Positions 1 to 12,554 of a stretch of DNA of 64,000 bases are shown here, in pieces (position 1 is the stretch's first letter; each line of letters opens with the position of its first letter). Under the pieces are notes generated by a model, which was given only the letters and a program-made list of their open reading frames with translations, ran no database searches and was not told the origin of the DNA. The translations under genes and the position numbers were made by a program. This DNA comes from Centroscyllium fabricii (lineage: Eukaryota): positions 140,740,001-140,804,000 of the forward strand of contig JBNRSN020000007.1 of the NCBI GenBank assembly GCA_051313645.2. The letters are read 5' to 3'.

Positions 1-904
1 TCTCCCGCTGGAACACGGACACTCCGTTGGTCACGCCAAAGGGGACCCGGAAAAAGTGGTAGAGCCGACCGTTCGCCTCGAAGGCGGTGTAGGGGCGGTC
101 GGCTTTCCGAATCGGGAGCTGATGATACGCCGACTTAAGGTCGATTGTGGAGAACACCTTGTACTGGGCGATCTGGTTGACCATTTCTGAGATGCGGGGA
201 AGGGGGTAGGCGTCGAGCCCGGTGTAGCGGTTGATAGTCTGGCTATAGTCGATCACTAGCCGTTGTTTCTCACCAGACTTCACCACTACAACTTGGGCGC
301 GCCAGGGGCTGGTGCTGGCTTCAATAATCCCCTCCTTCAGCATCCGCCCGACCTCTGACCTGATAAACGTGCGATCCCCCTCACTGCACCGCCGACTCTT
401 AGTGGCGATTGGTTTGCACTTTGGGTCGAGATTGGCGAACAGCGAGGGGGGGTCGATTCTCAGGGTGGAGAGGCCGCAGGCCGGGGTCCGCTTCGGGGGG
501 AGATTGTCCCGGCTACTGAGGGTGAGGGGGGGTAAAGTCCCGCCGAACTCCATGGTCACGCTCTTGAAGTGGCACTGGAAATCCAAGCCTAGTAAGGCTG
601 GGGCACACAACTTTTTGAGGGTATAGAATTTAAAATTGCGGTACACGCGTCCCTGGACGGTGAACGTGACGGAGCAGTAGCCGGTGACGTCCGCGGTGTG
701 GGACTGTGAAGCTAGGGACACTTGGTAGTTGGTGGGCAGGACCTGCAGCCCGAAACACCGCACTGTATCAGGGTGAATGAAACTCTCGGTACTGCCCGTG
801 TCGAGGAGGCAGTCAACGGTATGGTTATTAATCCTAATACTTATTAAAGAATTAGACAAGTGATGGGGCTTGCTTTGGCTGACTGTAGTTGTAGCAGCCC
901 CTGC

Positions 905-1490
905 TGATGGGGACTGTGCACAAAATGGCGCCGCCCTTGACTCGCACATGGAGGGGCCCTGGATACAAAATGGTGCCGCCCTTGGCTCGCACATGGAGGG
1001 GCCCTGGGAACAAAATGGCGCCGCCCTTGACTCGCACATGGAGGGGCCCTGGATACAAAATGGTGCCGCCCTTGGCTCGCACATGGAGGGGCCCTGGGAA
1101 CAAAATGGCGCCGCCCTTGGCTCGCACATGGAGGGGCCCCGGGTACAAAATGGCGCCGCCCTTGGCTCGCACATGGAGGAGCCCTGGGCGCAAGATGGCG
1201 TCTTCCGTGGTTCGCACATGGGGGGGCCTGGGTTGCGGGGTAGCATTACTGTGGGGCCCTGATGCATTGGCGGTGCCCGTGATTCGCATGCAGCGAACCG
1301 CGGTGAACGCGCTGGCGGCGCCCGTGATTCGCACGCAGCGAGCCGCGGTGAACGCGCTGGCGGTGCCTGTGATTTGCACGCAGCTAACCGCGGTGAACGC
1401 GCTGGCAGTGCCCGTGATTCGCACGCAGCGAACCGCGGTGAACGCACTGGCGGCGCCCGTGATTCGCACGCAGCCGACCGCGTTGTAAGC
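905..1490 (-). repeat. Coding tandem repeats in the gag-protease linker of copy A: about 5 x 60 bp (905-1220) and about 5-6 x 42 bp (1265-1490)
   Basis: Units CAAAATGGCGCCGCCCTTG(A/G)CTCGCACATGGAGGGGCCC... and GGCGGTGCCCGTGATTCGCACGCAGCGAACCGCGGTGAACGC; both lengths are multiples of 3. Confidence 0.92.
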
Positions 1491-2404
1491 TCGCGTTTGG
1501 CCGGTTGCCGCTGCATCGGGGCGGGGGGAAGGGGCGCTTGCCGTCGCTGAATAGTACTGCAAATGCAGCTTACCTGGTGATAGTTGCTCTCACAGGCTGC
1601 ATTGTACCTTTTAGATGCTGTGGCTGGAGTGGCTCTGCAGGCTTTGGCGAAGTGTCCCTTCTTGGAGCATTTTTCGCAGGTCGCCGTCTTGGCTGGGCAT
1701 TTTGCTCTGGGATGCAATCCTTGGCCACAGAAATAGCAGTGTTTGAGCTTAGTGTCCGTGGTGGCCGTCGCGGCCATCGTGGGGCTCTCAATACGTGACG
1801 CCTGTTGTGGTGTGGCCCATATGTTGTAGACTTGATGGCTGGTACCACCGTACGTCTGCGATTTATTCCGAGCCCCCTCCACCGATTTGGCTAACGTGGT
1901 TGCCTCCTCAAGGGTCAGATTGTCCTTTTCCAGTAGTCTCTGGCGGGCTACTGCACATCTTAGTCCTGAGACATAGGCGTCCCGGAGGAGGATGTTTTCT
2001 TCCTGTGCCTTGGTCAATCCACCCGTGCAGCCACAGGCCCGTATCATGCCCCGGAGCGCTTGCTCAAACTGGTCGTTTGACTCACCGGGTAGTTGAGATC
2101 GGGTCGCTAGTAGGTGGCGGGCGTAGACAGAGTGGACCGGGCGCTCATAGTACCGTTTGAGGGTCGTCACCATTTCCTCGTAGGTTGTAAGGTCCTCGAC
2201 AAGGGTGAAAACCCTGGCGGAGACCCTGGATAGCAGGAGTTGGAGTTTGTCCTCGTCCGTGGTAGCCTTGGCTGCTGCCGTATAGGCCTTTAGTAATCCA
2301 AACCAGAGCTTGAAGGTAGCTGGTGCCGCGTCATCCTGGGGGCTAATGTCCAGCTCCCTAGGTTTTAACTTGCTGCTCTCCATTTTAAAATTATCAATTA
2401 AAAT

Positions 2405-2660
2405 TGTAGCGTAGTCGCTAACTCAATTAAAAGGCGACTCGTAAGTACCGAAATACAAGGCTTTTAATTGATAAAGAATGGAGCTAGTCTCCTTACAAGT
2501 TCACATACAAGAATGGAGGAGCTGGGTCTGGCCACACCTTATATCACCTTACACCTGGGGGAGGAGTTGGGGGTGTGGCTGACCTGGCTCCCAGCAGTAC
2601 AATGGCACTTATACAATGGTAGCCATATAAGGCAATGGTAACCATATAAGGGTTACCACA
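2405..2660 (-). repeat. 5' LTR of copy A (256 bp)
   Basis: TG..CA termini, TATA-like TATAAGG near 2540, ATTAAA signal; same layout as the other LTRs of this lineage. Confidence 0.88.
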
Positions 2661-4326
2661 GACGCCATCTTGGAAAAGTTTTTGCAGTGTGCTCAACCAT
2701 CATGAACAGAGCACTCGAAGTGTTGAAGGGACTATTCATTGCTCCATTTGACGCCAGCGAGGAGAACTGGGACACTTATACAGAGATTTGCTTTCAGATA
2801 AATGGGGTGACGGCAGACCAAAAAGCAGTAACCCTTTTGAATTGTATGGGTCCACAACCTTTCGGACTTTTGAGAGACCTGATTACACCAGAGAAGCCAA
2901 CGGATAAATCATTCGACCAGATTGTAAAAACGCTAAATGACCATTTCAGTTCAGCATTGCCTGTAATCGCAGAAAGATACCGGTTTTATCGACACAACCA
3001 ATGTAGGGGGGAGTCGATAGCAGTGTACTTGGCTGAACTACGCCGATTAGCGAGGAATTACCAATTCCGAGATGTTTTTACGGATACCCTGAGAGACAAG
3101 TTAGTCTGTGGCCTGAGTAATAAAGCCACCCAGAGACAGTTGTTAACGAAGCGACAGCTGACCATGCAGCAAGCGTTTGACATAACTTCTGCTAGAGAGG
3201 CTGCTACACAGCATGAACCAAGCCATGATGCATCAAGTGCTACCGATGTGGCAGATCAAACCACGCTCATACTATCTGTTGGTTCCGAGATAAGACGTGC
3301 CAGCGATGTGACAAGTTAGGCCATATGGCAAGAGTTTGTAGAGCAACCAAGAGTAACAGCGGGGGTAGCCCACAGTTGAATGCAAGAAAGTACCAGGGAC
3401 TCACTATAGACTGGGGCTCACTGAACAACCCAGGTTCCCCAGCAGAGGACGGTGAAGTAGACAGATCAAACCTGCAAACTCGCAAACAAGATGAGGAGAG
3501 AGTCGCAAAGCTAGAAGGGGCTTTGAGTGCGTGTGTGGACAAGGTAGACCGACAGAGGTTGGACATGCAAAGCCTATCTGATGGATTGCGCTCAGACATA
3601 CCATTTGTAGAATGGAGGTCAGAGATTACCACTCAAGAAGTCGACTTTAGAAACCACCCTAAGCTATGGACAGACAAAGCTAAAACTGATGGTGCGGAGT
3701 TCAAACAACAACTGCAGGATATGCAAAACCAGTTGGGTAAATTGTACCAGAATCTGCCTTCCTTGGAGAAGTTAACACCGCCAGAGGACTACGAGAGTGC
3801 CCTAGATGTCGTAAATGATGTCGAGAGAGAGAGATGGAATTATCGTAAAAACAAAACTAAGCCAGAAGATGTGGGTTGAGCTGTTGTGAATAATGTCACG
3901 GGCTGCCATTGTAAAAAAACTGTTTACCTCACTTTAGTATAATGTTAAGAAGAAGAACGAAAAGAAAATGTTGGTATAGATAAACCGCTTGTTATGTAAT
4001 TAGTACTATCTAGCTGTTGTTGTGATGATGTACATTCTCTGTAAGAAAAGGGGCGACGTGTTATCTAAAAGGGGAGGGATGTAGTGTATGTAATAAGGCG
4101 TATGATGTATGTGATGGAGCGTATGATGGACAGCCTGTGGGCCTAAAACAGAGCGGCACTATTTAGTGCATGGCGGAAGAATACGGTAACACCTCTTTAG
4201 GCCACCTAGTATAAATAGCGCTGTACTGCAAGTTGTATTCAGTTTCCACCTGGGCGTTGGCCGAGTAAAGACCTTTCGTTTGTTGTTGATCTGTGTCCGA
4301 GTAGATATTGTGCTAACAACACAACA
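2661..4326 (+). mobile_element. Non-autonomous Mag-like Gypsy element: gag (2687-3340), unrelated coiled-coil-like segment, PPT and 3' LTR
   Basis: Gag motifs ERYRFY..Q..GESIAVYLAELRRLA, LRDKLVCGL; frameshifted zinc knuckle CQRCDKLGHMARVC. PPT AAAAGGGGAGGGA 4067-4079. LTR 4080-4326 TGTAGTG..CACAACA with TATAAATA and AGTAAA. No pol. Confidence 0.75.
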
Positions 4327-5382
4327 GGCAGGGGAAGGGTGAGAGGGAGGAGGGGGAAGGGAGGAGGGAGAGGGAGGAGGAGGTGAGAGCAGGGAGCAGG
4401 GGGGAGAAAGAGGGGCGAGCAATGGAGCAGTGGGGAGGGAGGGGAGAGGGAGAGGGAGAGGCAGGGGGAGGGTTAGAGAGGGAGGAGGAGGGAGAGAGAG
4501 GAGGGGGAGAGTGATGGAGCAGATGGGGAGAGGGAGGAGGGGGGAGAGAGAGGGAGGAGGGGGAGAGTGATGGAGCAGGTGGGGAGAGAGAGGTGGGGAG
4601 AGAGAGGGAGGAGAGGGGAGCGAGGAGGGGGAGCGAGGGAGAGGAAGGGGAGAGGGAGAGGAGGGGGAGAGAGAGGGAGGAGGGGGAGAGAGGAGGGGAG
4701 AGAGGGAGAGAGAGAAGGAAGAGGGGTTGGATAGAAGGAGGAGGGGGAGAGGGAGTAGGGGGAGAGAGGCAGGAGGGGGGATTGAGGGAGGAGGGGGAAA
4801 GAGAGAAGGGAGGAAGGGTTGGAGAGAGAGGAGGAGGGGAGAGAGCGAGGAAGGAGGAGAGGGAGGGGAAAGGGAGGAGGGGGAGAGAGGGAGGAGGGGA
4901 GAGAGAGAGGGGGAGGGTGGAGAGAGCGAGGGGTGTGAGAGAGGGAGGAGGGTGAGATAGAGGAGGGGGAGAGTGAAGGAGGAGGGGAGGGGGTAGCAAG
5001 AGGGAGGTGGGGGAAGAGAGAGGGAGGAGGGGGAGAGGGATGGAGGAGGGGGAAAGAGAGAGGGGGCGAGAGAGAAGGTGGGGAAAGAGGGAGGGGGAAG
5101 GAGGAGGGGGGAGAGAGGGAGAGGAGGGGGTGGAGAGAGAGAAGGAAGAGGGGGTGGAGAGAAGGAGGAGGGGGGAGAGCGAGGCAGGGGGAGAGGGAGG
5201 AGGGGGGAGAGAGGAGGGGGAGAGAGGGAGGGGGAGAGAGAGGGAGGAGGGGGAGAGAGAGCGAGGAGGGGGAGAGGGAGGAGGGAGAGGGAGGGGGAGA
5301 GAGGGAAGGAGAGAAGGAGGAGGGGGAGAGAGAGCGAGAAGGGGGAAAGAGAGAAGCGGGGAGGGAGAGAAGGAGGAGGGGG
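4327..5382. repeat. GA-rich polypurine low-complexity tract
   Basis: Almost only G/A on the + strand; runs into the N gap. Confidence 0.97.
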
Positions 5383-5578
5383 NNNNNNNNNNNNNNNNNN
5401 NNNNNNNNNNNNNNNNNNNNNNNNNNNNNNNNNNNNNNNNNNNNNNNNNNNNNNNNNNNNNNNNNNNNNNNNNNNNNNNNNNNNNNNNNNNNNNNNNNNN
5501 NNNNNNNNNNNNNNNNNNNNNNNNNNNNNNNNNNNNNNNNNNNNNNNNNNNNNNNNNNNNNNNNNNNNNNNNNNNNNN
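5383..5578. other. Assembly gap (196 N)
   Basis: Run of N. Confidence 1.
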
Positions 5579-7327
5579 CGTATCGTCAATAATCTTAATA
5601 AAGCTAAAGACAAGTGGTGACCTTAACTAGAGGCTTTTATTGACTTACAACGGAGCTATACTCCGAACGAACAACAGGTACAGAATGAACGGGGTCCGGT
5701 CAGTCCCCACCTATAAAGGCCTCACCTGAGGGAGGAGTTAGAGGTGTGGCTGACCTGGCCCCACGACAGTGTCGCAACACATCATGCACCCGACTGCTAT
5801 ACATACTGATAATATTGGCAACAATATTACGGTGGTAATTACAGTATATATACGGTTACCTCATTCACCCCTTCTTTAAAAATTAAGTCCGGCGGGGTGA
5901 ATGGACAGAGCAGTTCACTATCAGTTTATCCGGCGGTCGCGTCTGTCTGGAGGACCGCCGGGGCTCTGGCAGAAGTTCTGCGTGATCCGTTCCCTGCGGC
6001 ATCGGCGGCGTTGGGTCCGGTGGTGGTGACGGCGGCGCTGGTGCCGAAACTTTAGGTGCTGGTGGTGGTTGGTCCGAGCCATCCGAATGTTGGTCCTCAG
6101 CTGGCCGCAGCGGGGGCTCTGGATAACCTGGTGATGGCGGCCAATGTAGGTGCTGGGGGTGGCCGAAATATAGTGGCTGGGCGGGCTGCTGCCCGGCCAG
6201 GGGTTCTGCTACGGTGCTCCCGGCGGGTGCTAGGTCTCTGATGGAGACGGTGTCCTCGCGCCTGTCCGGGAACTGCACGTAGGCGTACTGCGGGTTGGCG
6301 TGCAGGAGCTGCACCTTGTCTACCAGGGGGTCGGTCTTGTGGCCGCGGACGTGTTTCCTAAGGAAGACCGGCCCCGGCGTCGTGAGCCACGGTGGAAGAG
6401 CTGTCCCCGAAGTCGACTTCCTGGGGAAGGAAAACATTAAATCATGAGGGGTGGCATTGGTGGCCGTACACAGCAGAGAGCATATCGAGTGCAGCGCGTC
6501 GGGGAGAACTGCCTGCCAATGGGATACTGGAAGGCCTCTGGACTTCAGAGCCAGGGTGACCGCCTTCCAGATGATCCCATTCTCCCTTTCTACCTGGCCG
6601 TTCCCCCGGGGGTTGTAACTGGTCGTTCTGCTCGAGGCAACCCCTTTCTGGAGCAGAAACTGGCGCAGTTCATCGCTCATGAACGATGACCCCCGGTCGC
6701 TATGAATGTAGCTGGGGAGACCGAAAATGGCGAACAGCGTGGTGAAGTGTTTGATCACCGTTGCGCTCGTCATATCTGGGCAGGGGAAGGCGAAGGGGAA
6801 GCGGGAGAACTCGTCTACGACCGTGAGGAAGTACGAGTTGCGGTCGGTGGTGGGGAGGGGGCCTTAGAAGTCCACGCTTAGACGTTCAAAGGGGCGGGTG
6901 GCCTTAATGAGATGCGCCGTGTCTGGCCTGAAAAATTGAGGTTTGCACTCGGCGCAAACAGGGCACTCTCGGGTCATAGCCTTGATCTCCGTGATGGAGT
7001 AGGGAAGGCTACGGGATCTAACGAAGTGGGCAAGTCTGGTGACACCCGGGTGGCAGAGGCGGTCGTGGAGTTCCTTCAGCCGGTCTAGCTGGGCACTGGC
7101 GCACGTTCCCCTGGACAGTGCGTCCGGGGGTTCATTGAGTTTGCCTGGTCGGTAAAGAATGTCATACTCGTAAGTCGAGAGCTCGATCCGCCACCGCAGG
7201 ATCTTATCATTCTTGATTATACCCTTTTGTTTATTATTAAACATAAACGCGACCGACCGTTGGTCGGTGAGCAGGGTAAAACGCTTACCGGCCAGGTAAT
7301 GACGCCAGTAGCGCACGGGTTACCACA
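5579..7327 (-). mobile_element. Gypsy copy C, internally deleted: 3' LTR (5579-5863), PPT, integrase, RNase H end, fused to the outer ~10 nt of a 5' LTR
   Basis: Integrase HSDRGSSF/GNGQVER (5883-6773) and RH/HHCC (6864-7316). Junction GCGCACGG|GTTACCACA is consistent with an ACGG microhomology deletion to the LTR start. Confidence 0.85.
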
Positions 7328-8495
7328 CTGGGTATGTCCCGGTAATCGTATAACAGGTTTATGTACAACATGGTATTAGGTACGATTACATAGATACAGG
7401 CGGGGTAAGTATATACAATAAGAGGAGTTAGAGGTGTGGCTGACCTGACCCCGCGACAGTGTCGTAATACAAAAACTATGTACAGTGCACCCAGCCGCTA
7501 TACATGCTGGTTTATAGTGTGCTTAACTATTACAGTGGTAATAACGGTTACCACATTCACCCCTTCTTTGAAAATTAAGTCCGGCAGGGTGAATGGACAG
7601 AGCAGTTCATAATAAGTCTCTCCGGCGGTCGTGTCTGCCTTGAGGACCGCCGGGTTTCCGTTAGCGGTGCTGGTGCCTGCAGTGTCGGCGGCGCTGGTGC
7701 CGGTAGTGTCGGCGGCGCTGGTGCTGGTAGTGTCGGTGCTGGTGCCGGCAGTGGCGGTGAGGCCGGGTCCACCGGCTGCTGCTGTGCCTGTGGTGCAGCG
7801 TCCGGTTCTTGGTCCTCGGTTGGTAGTGGCGGGGGCTCCGGTGTGTGTGTGTGCATAGGCCAAAATCCGTTGGGTTGTGGTTGGTGTGTAGGCCAGTGGT
7901 CGGTAGGTAGTGGCTGGTCAGGCTGAGGCTCGACCAGGGGCTCTGCTGTGGTGCTCCCGGCGGGCGCTAGGTCCCTGATGGAAACTGTGTCCTCGCGCCC
8001 GTCCGGGAACTGCACGTACGCGTACTGCGGGTTGGCGTGCAGCAGCTGCACCTTCTCCACCAGGGGGTCGGTCTTATGGCCGCGGACATGCTTTCTAAGT
8101 AAGACCGGCCCCGGCATCGTGAGCCATGGTGGGAGTGCTGTCCCCGAAGTCGACTTCCTGGGGAAGGAAAAGAGCAATTCGTGAGGTGTGGCGTTGGTTG
8201 CCGTATACAGCAGAGAGCGGATGGAGTGCAGCGCGTCTGGGAGGACTGCCTGCCAACGGGACACTGGAAGGCCTCTGGACTTCAGGGCCAGGCTGACTGC
8301 CTTCCAGATGATCCCGTTCTCCCTTTCTACCTGGCCGTTCCCCCGGGGGTTGTAACTGGTTGTTCTGCTTGAGGCAACCCCTTTCTGAAGCAGAAACTGA
8401 CGCAGTTCGTCGCTCATGAACGACGACCCCCGGTCGCTATGGATGTAGCTGGGGAGACCGAAAATGGCGAACAGCGTGGTGAAGTGTTTGATCAC

Positions 8496-8899
8496 GGTGG
8501 CACGGTGGCATAGTGGTTAGCACTGTTGCCTTACAGCACTAGAGACCCGGGTTCAAATCCAGCCTCGGGTACTATCTGTGTGGAGTTTGCACATTCTCCC
8601 CGTGTCTGCGTGGGTTTCCTCCGGGTGCTCCGGTTTCCTCCCACAGTCCAAAGATGTGCGGGTTCGGTTGATTGGCCATGATAAATTGAACCTCAGTGTT
8701 AGGGGGATTAAATATGTGGGGGTTACGGGGATAGGGTGGGATATGTGTTGGTGCAGGCTCGATAGGGATATGGGGAGAAGGCAGGGACAGGGTGCTGGGT
8801 TTGGATGATCAGCCATGATCTCATTGAATGGCGGAGCAGGCTCGAAGGGCCGAATGGCCTACTCCTGCTCCTATCTTCTATGTTTCTATGTTTCTATGT
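8496..8899 (+). mobile_element. HE1-type tRNA-derived SINE inserted in the integrase
   Basis: A box TGGCATAGTGG, B box GGTTCAAATCC, CR1/HER1-type tail ending (TATGTTTC)n; TSD ATCAC at 8491-8495 and 8900-8904. Confidence 0.92.
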
Positions 8900-10641
8900 A
8901 TCACCGCTGCGCTCGTCATATCTGGGCAGGGGAAGGTGAAGGGGAAGCGGGAGAACTCGTCTACGACCGTGAGGAAGTACGAGTTGCGGTCGGTGGAAGG
9001 GAGGGGGCCTTTGAAGTCCATGCTTAAACGTTCAAAGGGGCGGGTGGCCTTAATGAGGTGTGCCGTGTCTGGCCTGTAAAATTGGGGTTTGCACTCGGCG
9101 CAAACAGGGCACTCTCGGGTCATAGCCTTGATCTCCATGATGGGGTAGGGGAGGCTACGTGATTTAACGAAATGGGCAAGTCTGGTGATACCCGGGTGGC
9201 AGAGGCGATCGTGGAGTTCCTTCAGCCGGTCTAGCTGGGCACTGGCGCACGTTCCCCTGGACAGTGCGTCCGGGGGTTCATTGTGTTTGCCTGGTCGGTA
9301 AAGAATGTCATACTCGTAAGTCGAGAGCTCGATCCGCCACCGCAGGATCTTATCATTCTTGATTATACCCTTTTGTTTATTATTAAACATAAACGCGACC
9401 GACCGTTGGTCGGTGAGCAGGGTAAAACGCTTACCGGCCAGGTAATGACGCCAGTAGCGCACGGGTTACCACACTGGGTATGTCCCGGTAATCGTATAAC
9501 AGGTTTATGTACAACATGGTATTAGGTACGATTACATAGATACAGGCGGGGTAAGTATATACAATAAGACGAGTTAGAGGTGTGGCTGACCTGACCCCGC
9601 GACAGTGTCGTAATACAAAAACTATGTACAGTGCACCCAGCCGCTATACATGCTGGTTTATAGTGTGCTTAACTATTACAGTGGTAATAACGGTTACCAC
9701 ATTCACCCCTTCTTTGAAAATTAAGTCCGGCGGGGTGAATGGACAGAGCAGTTCATAATAAGTCTCTCCGGCGGTCGTGTCTGCCTTGAGGACCGCCGGG
9801 TTTCCGTCAGCGGCGCTGGTGCCTGCAGTGTCGGCGGCGCTGGTGCCGGTAGTGTCGGCGGCGCTGGTGCTGGTAGTGTCGGTGCTGGTGCCGGCAGTGG
9901 CGGTGGGGCCGGGTCCACCGGCTGCTGCTGTGCCTGTGGTGCAGCGTCCGGTTCTTGGTCCTCGGTTGGTAGTGGCGGGGGCTCCGGTGTGTGTGTGTGC
10001 ATAGGCCAAAATCCGTTGGGTTGTGGTTGGTGTGTAGGCCAGTGGTCGGTAGGTAGTGGCTGGTCAGGCTGAGGCTCGACCAGGGGCTCTGCTGTGGTGC
10101 TCCCGGCGGGCGCTAGGTCCCTGATGGAAACTGTGTCCTCGCGCCCGTCCGGGAACTGCACGTACGCGTACTGTGGGTTGGCGTGCAGCAGCTGCACCTT
10201 CTCCACCAGGGGGTCGGTCTTATGGCCGCGGACATGCTTTCTAAGTAAGACCGGCCCCGGCATCGTGAGCCATGGTGGGAGTGCTGTCCCCGAAGTCGAC
10301 TTCCTGGGGAAGGAAAAGAGCAATTCGTGAGGTGTGGCGTTGGTTGCCGTATACAGCAGAGAGCGGATGGAGTGCAGCACGTCTGGGAGGACTGCCTGCC
10401 AACGGGACACTGGAAGGCCTCTGGACTTCAGGGCCAGGCTGACTGCCTTCCAGATGATCCCGTTCTCCCTTTCTACCTGGCCGTTCCCCCGGGGGTTGTA
10501 ACTGGTTGTTCTGCTTGAGGCAACCCCTTTCTGAAGCAGAAACTGACGCAGTTCGTCGCTCATGAACGACGACCCCCGGTCGCTATGGATGTAGCTGGGG
10601 AGACCGAAAATGGCGAACAGCGTGGTGAAGTGTTTGATCAC

Positions 10642-11053
10642 GGTGGCACGGTGGCACGGTGGCATAGTGGTTAGCACTGTTGCCTTACAGCACTAGAGAC
10701 CCGGGTTCAAATCCAGCCTCGGGTACTATCTGTGTGGAGTTTGCACATTCTCCCCGTGTCTGCGTGGGTTTCCTCTGGGTGCTCCGGTTTCCTCCCACAG
10801 TCCAAAGATGTGCGGGTTAGGTTGATTGGCCATGATAAATTGAACCTTAGTGTTAGGGGGATTAAATATGTGGGGGTTACGGGGATAGGGTGGGATATGT
10901 GTTGGTGCAGGCTCGATAGGGATATGGGGAGAAGGCAGGGACAGGGTGCTGGGTTTGGATGATCAGCCATGATCTCATTGAATGGCGGAGCAGGCTCGAA
11001 GGGCCGAATGGCCTACTCCTGCTCCTATCTTCTATGTTTCTATGTTTCTATGT
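10642..11053 (+). mobile_element. Duplicate of the HE1-type SINE
   Basis: Same insertion site and TSD ATCAC, with one extra CGGTGGCA unit at the head. Confidence 0.92.
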
Positions 11054-12554
11054 ATCACCGTTGCGCTCGTCATATCTGGGCAGGGGAAGGTGAAGGGGAA
11101 GTGGGAGAACTCGTCTACGACCGTGAGGAAGTACGAGTTGCGGTCGGTGGAAGGGAGGGGGCCTTTGAAGTCCACGCTTAAACGTTCAAAGGGGCGGGTG
11201 GCCTTAATGAGGTGTGCCGTGTCTGGCCTGTAAAATTGGGGTTTGCACTCGGCGCAAACAGGGCACTATCGGGTCATAGCCTTGATCTCCGTGATGGGGT
11301 AGGGGAGGCTACGTGATTTAACGAAATGGGCAAGTCTGGTGATACCCGGGTGGCAGAGGCGATCGTGGAGTTCCTTCAGCCGGTCTAGCTGGGCACTGGC
11401 GCACGTTCCCCTGGACAGTGCGTCCGGGGGTTCATTGAGTTTGCCTGGTCGGTAAAGAATGTCGTACTCGTAAGTCGAGAGCTCGATCCGCCACCGCAGG
11501 ATCTTGTCATTCTTGATTTTACCCTTTTGTTTATTATTAAACATAAACGCGACTGACCGTTGGTCGGTGAGCAGGGTAAAACGCTTACCGGCCAGGTAAT
11601 GACGCCAGTAGCGCACGGCCTCCACGATGGCCTGGGCCTCCTTTTCCACTGCAGAGTGGCGAGTTTCGGGTCCCTGTAGGGTGCGGGAGAAAAACGCTGC
11701 GGGCCTGCCTGCCTGATTCAGGGTGGCAGCAAGGGCAAAGTCACTCTCCACCTGGAAAGGGATGGACTCATCAACGGCGTGCATGGTCACCTTGATAATA
11801 TCTTCCTTGATCTGGGCGAACGGCGTATGGGCTTCTACCGAGAGGGGGAAGACGTCAGCCTTGAGGAGCGGTCTGGCCTTATCCGCGAACTGGGGAACCC
11901 ATTGCGCGTAATAAGAGAAAAATCCCAGACATCTCTTCAGGGCTTTGGGGTTGTGAGGTAGGGGCAGTTGCTGTAAGGGACGCATACGCTGTGTGTCGGG
12001 GCCGAGGACCCCGTTTTCCATCACGTATCCGAGGATGGCGAGCCGATCTGTACTAAAGACGCACTTATCTTTATTGTACGTGAGATTGAGCCGTTTCGCC
12101 GTGTGGAGAAATTTGGCCAGGTTGGCATCGTGGTCCTGCTGATCATGGCCGCAGATGGTCACGTTGTCCAGGTAGGGGAAAGTGGCCTGCAACCCGTTCT
12201 GGTCAACCATGCGGTCCATCTCCCTCTGGAATACCGACACTCCGTTGGTCACGCCGAAGGGGACCTGGAGGAAGTGGTAGAGCCGACCATTCGCCTCGAA
12301 CGCAGTGTACGGGCGGTCAGTTTTCCGGATCGGGAGTTGGTGATACGCCGACTTAAGGTCGATTGTGGAGAACACCTTGTACTGGGCGATCTGGTTAACC
12401 ATTTCCGAGATGCGGGGAAGGGGGTAGGCGTCGAGCCCGGTGTAGCGGTTAATGGTCTGGCTGTAGTCGATCACAATCCGCAGTTTCTCGCCAGTCTTAA
12501 CCACTACGACCTGGGCCCGCCAGGGGCTGGTGCTGGCTTCAATTATCCCCTCCT

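Larger units (their letters stand above)
1..2660 (-). mobile_element. Ty3/Gypsy LTR retrotransposon copy A (5'LTR, gag, protease, RT N-half; runs off the window start)
   Basis: LTR 2405-2660 reads TGTGGTAACC...CA on -. Gag ATG at 2383 (MESSKLKPRELDISPQD). Protease LLDTGS near 800 and RT (SPWRAQ, DLKSAYHQ, PFGVTNG) at 1-330. Gag is disrupted. Confidence 0.93.
7160..11460. repeat. Tandem duplication, period 2146-2154 bp
   Basis: TACCACACTG at 7321 and 9467; integrase, SINE and partial LTR are all present twice with few substitutions. Confidence 0.93.

Noticed and set aside
852-1562. Overlapping repeat ORFs 852-1562, 870-1262 and 907-1488 as novel repeat proteins or a CRISPR-like array
   Set aside because: Alternative frames of gag-pol linker repeats; no unique spacers and no cas genes; vertebrate DNA
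4159-5630. Long Pro/Ser/Leu and Gly/Glu/Arg ORFs here and at 29085-31591
   Set aside because: Translations of GA low-complexity tracts and the N gap; not genes
8496-8575. tRNA-like sequences at SINE heads (also 10642, 33816, 46434, 52116, 52522)
   Set aside because: Continuous with SINE body and LINE-type tail; not tRNA genes
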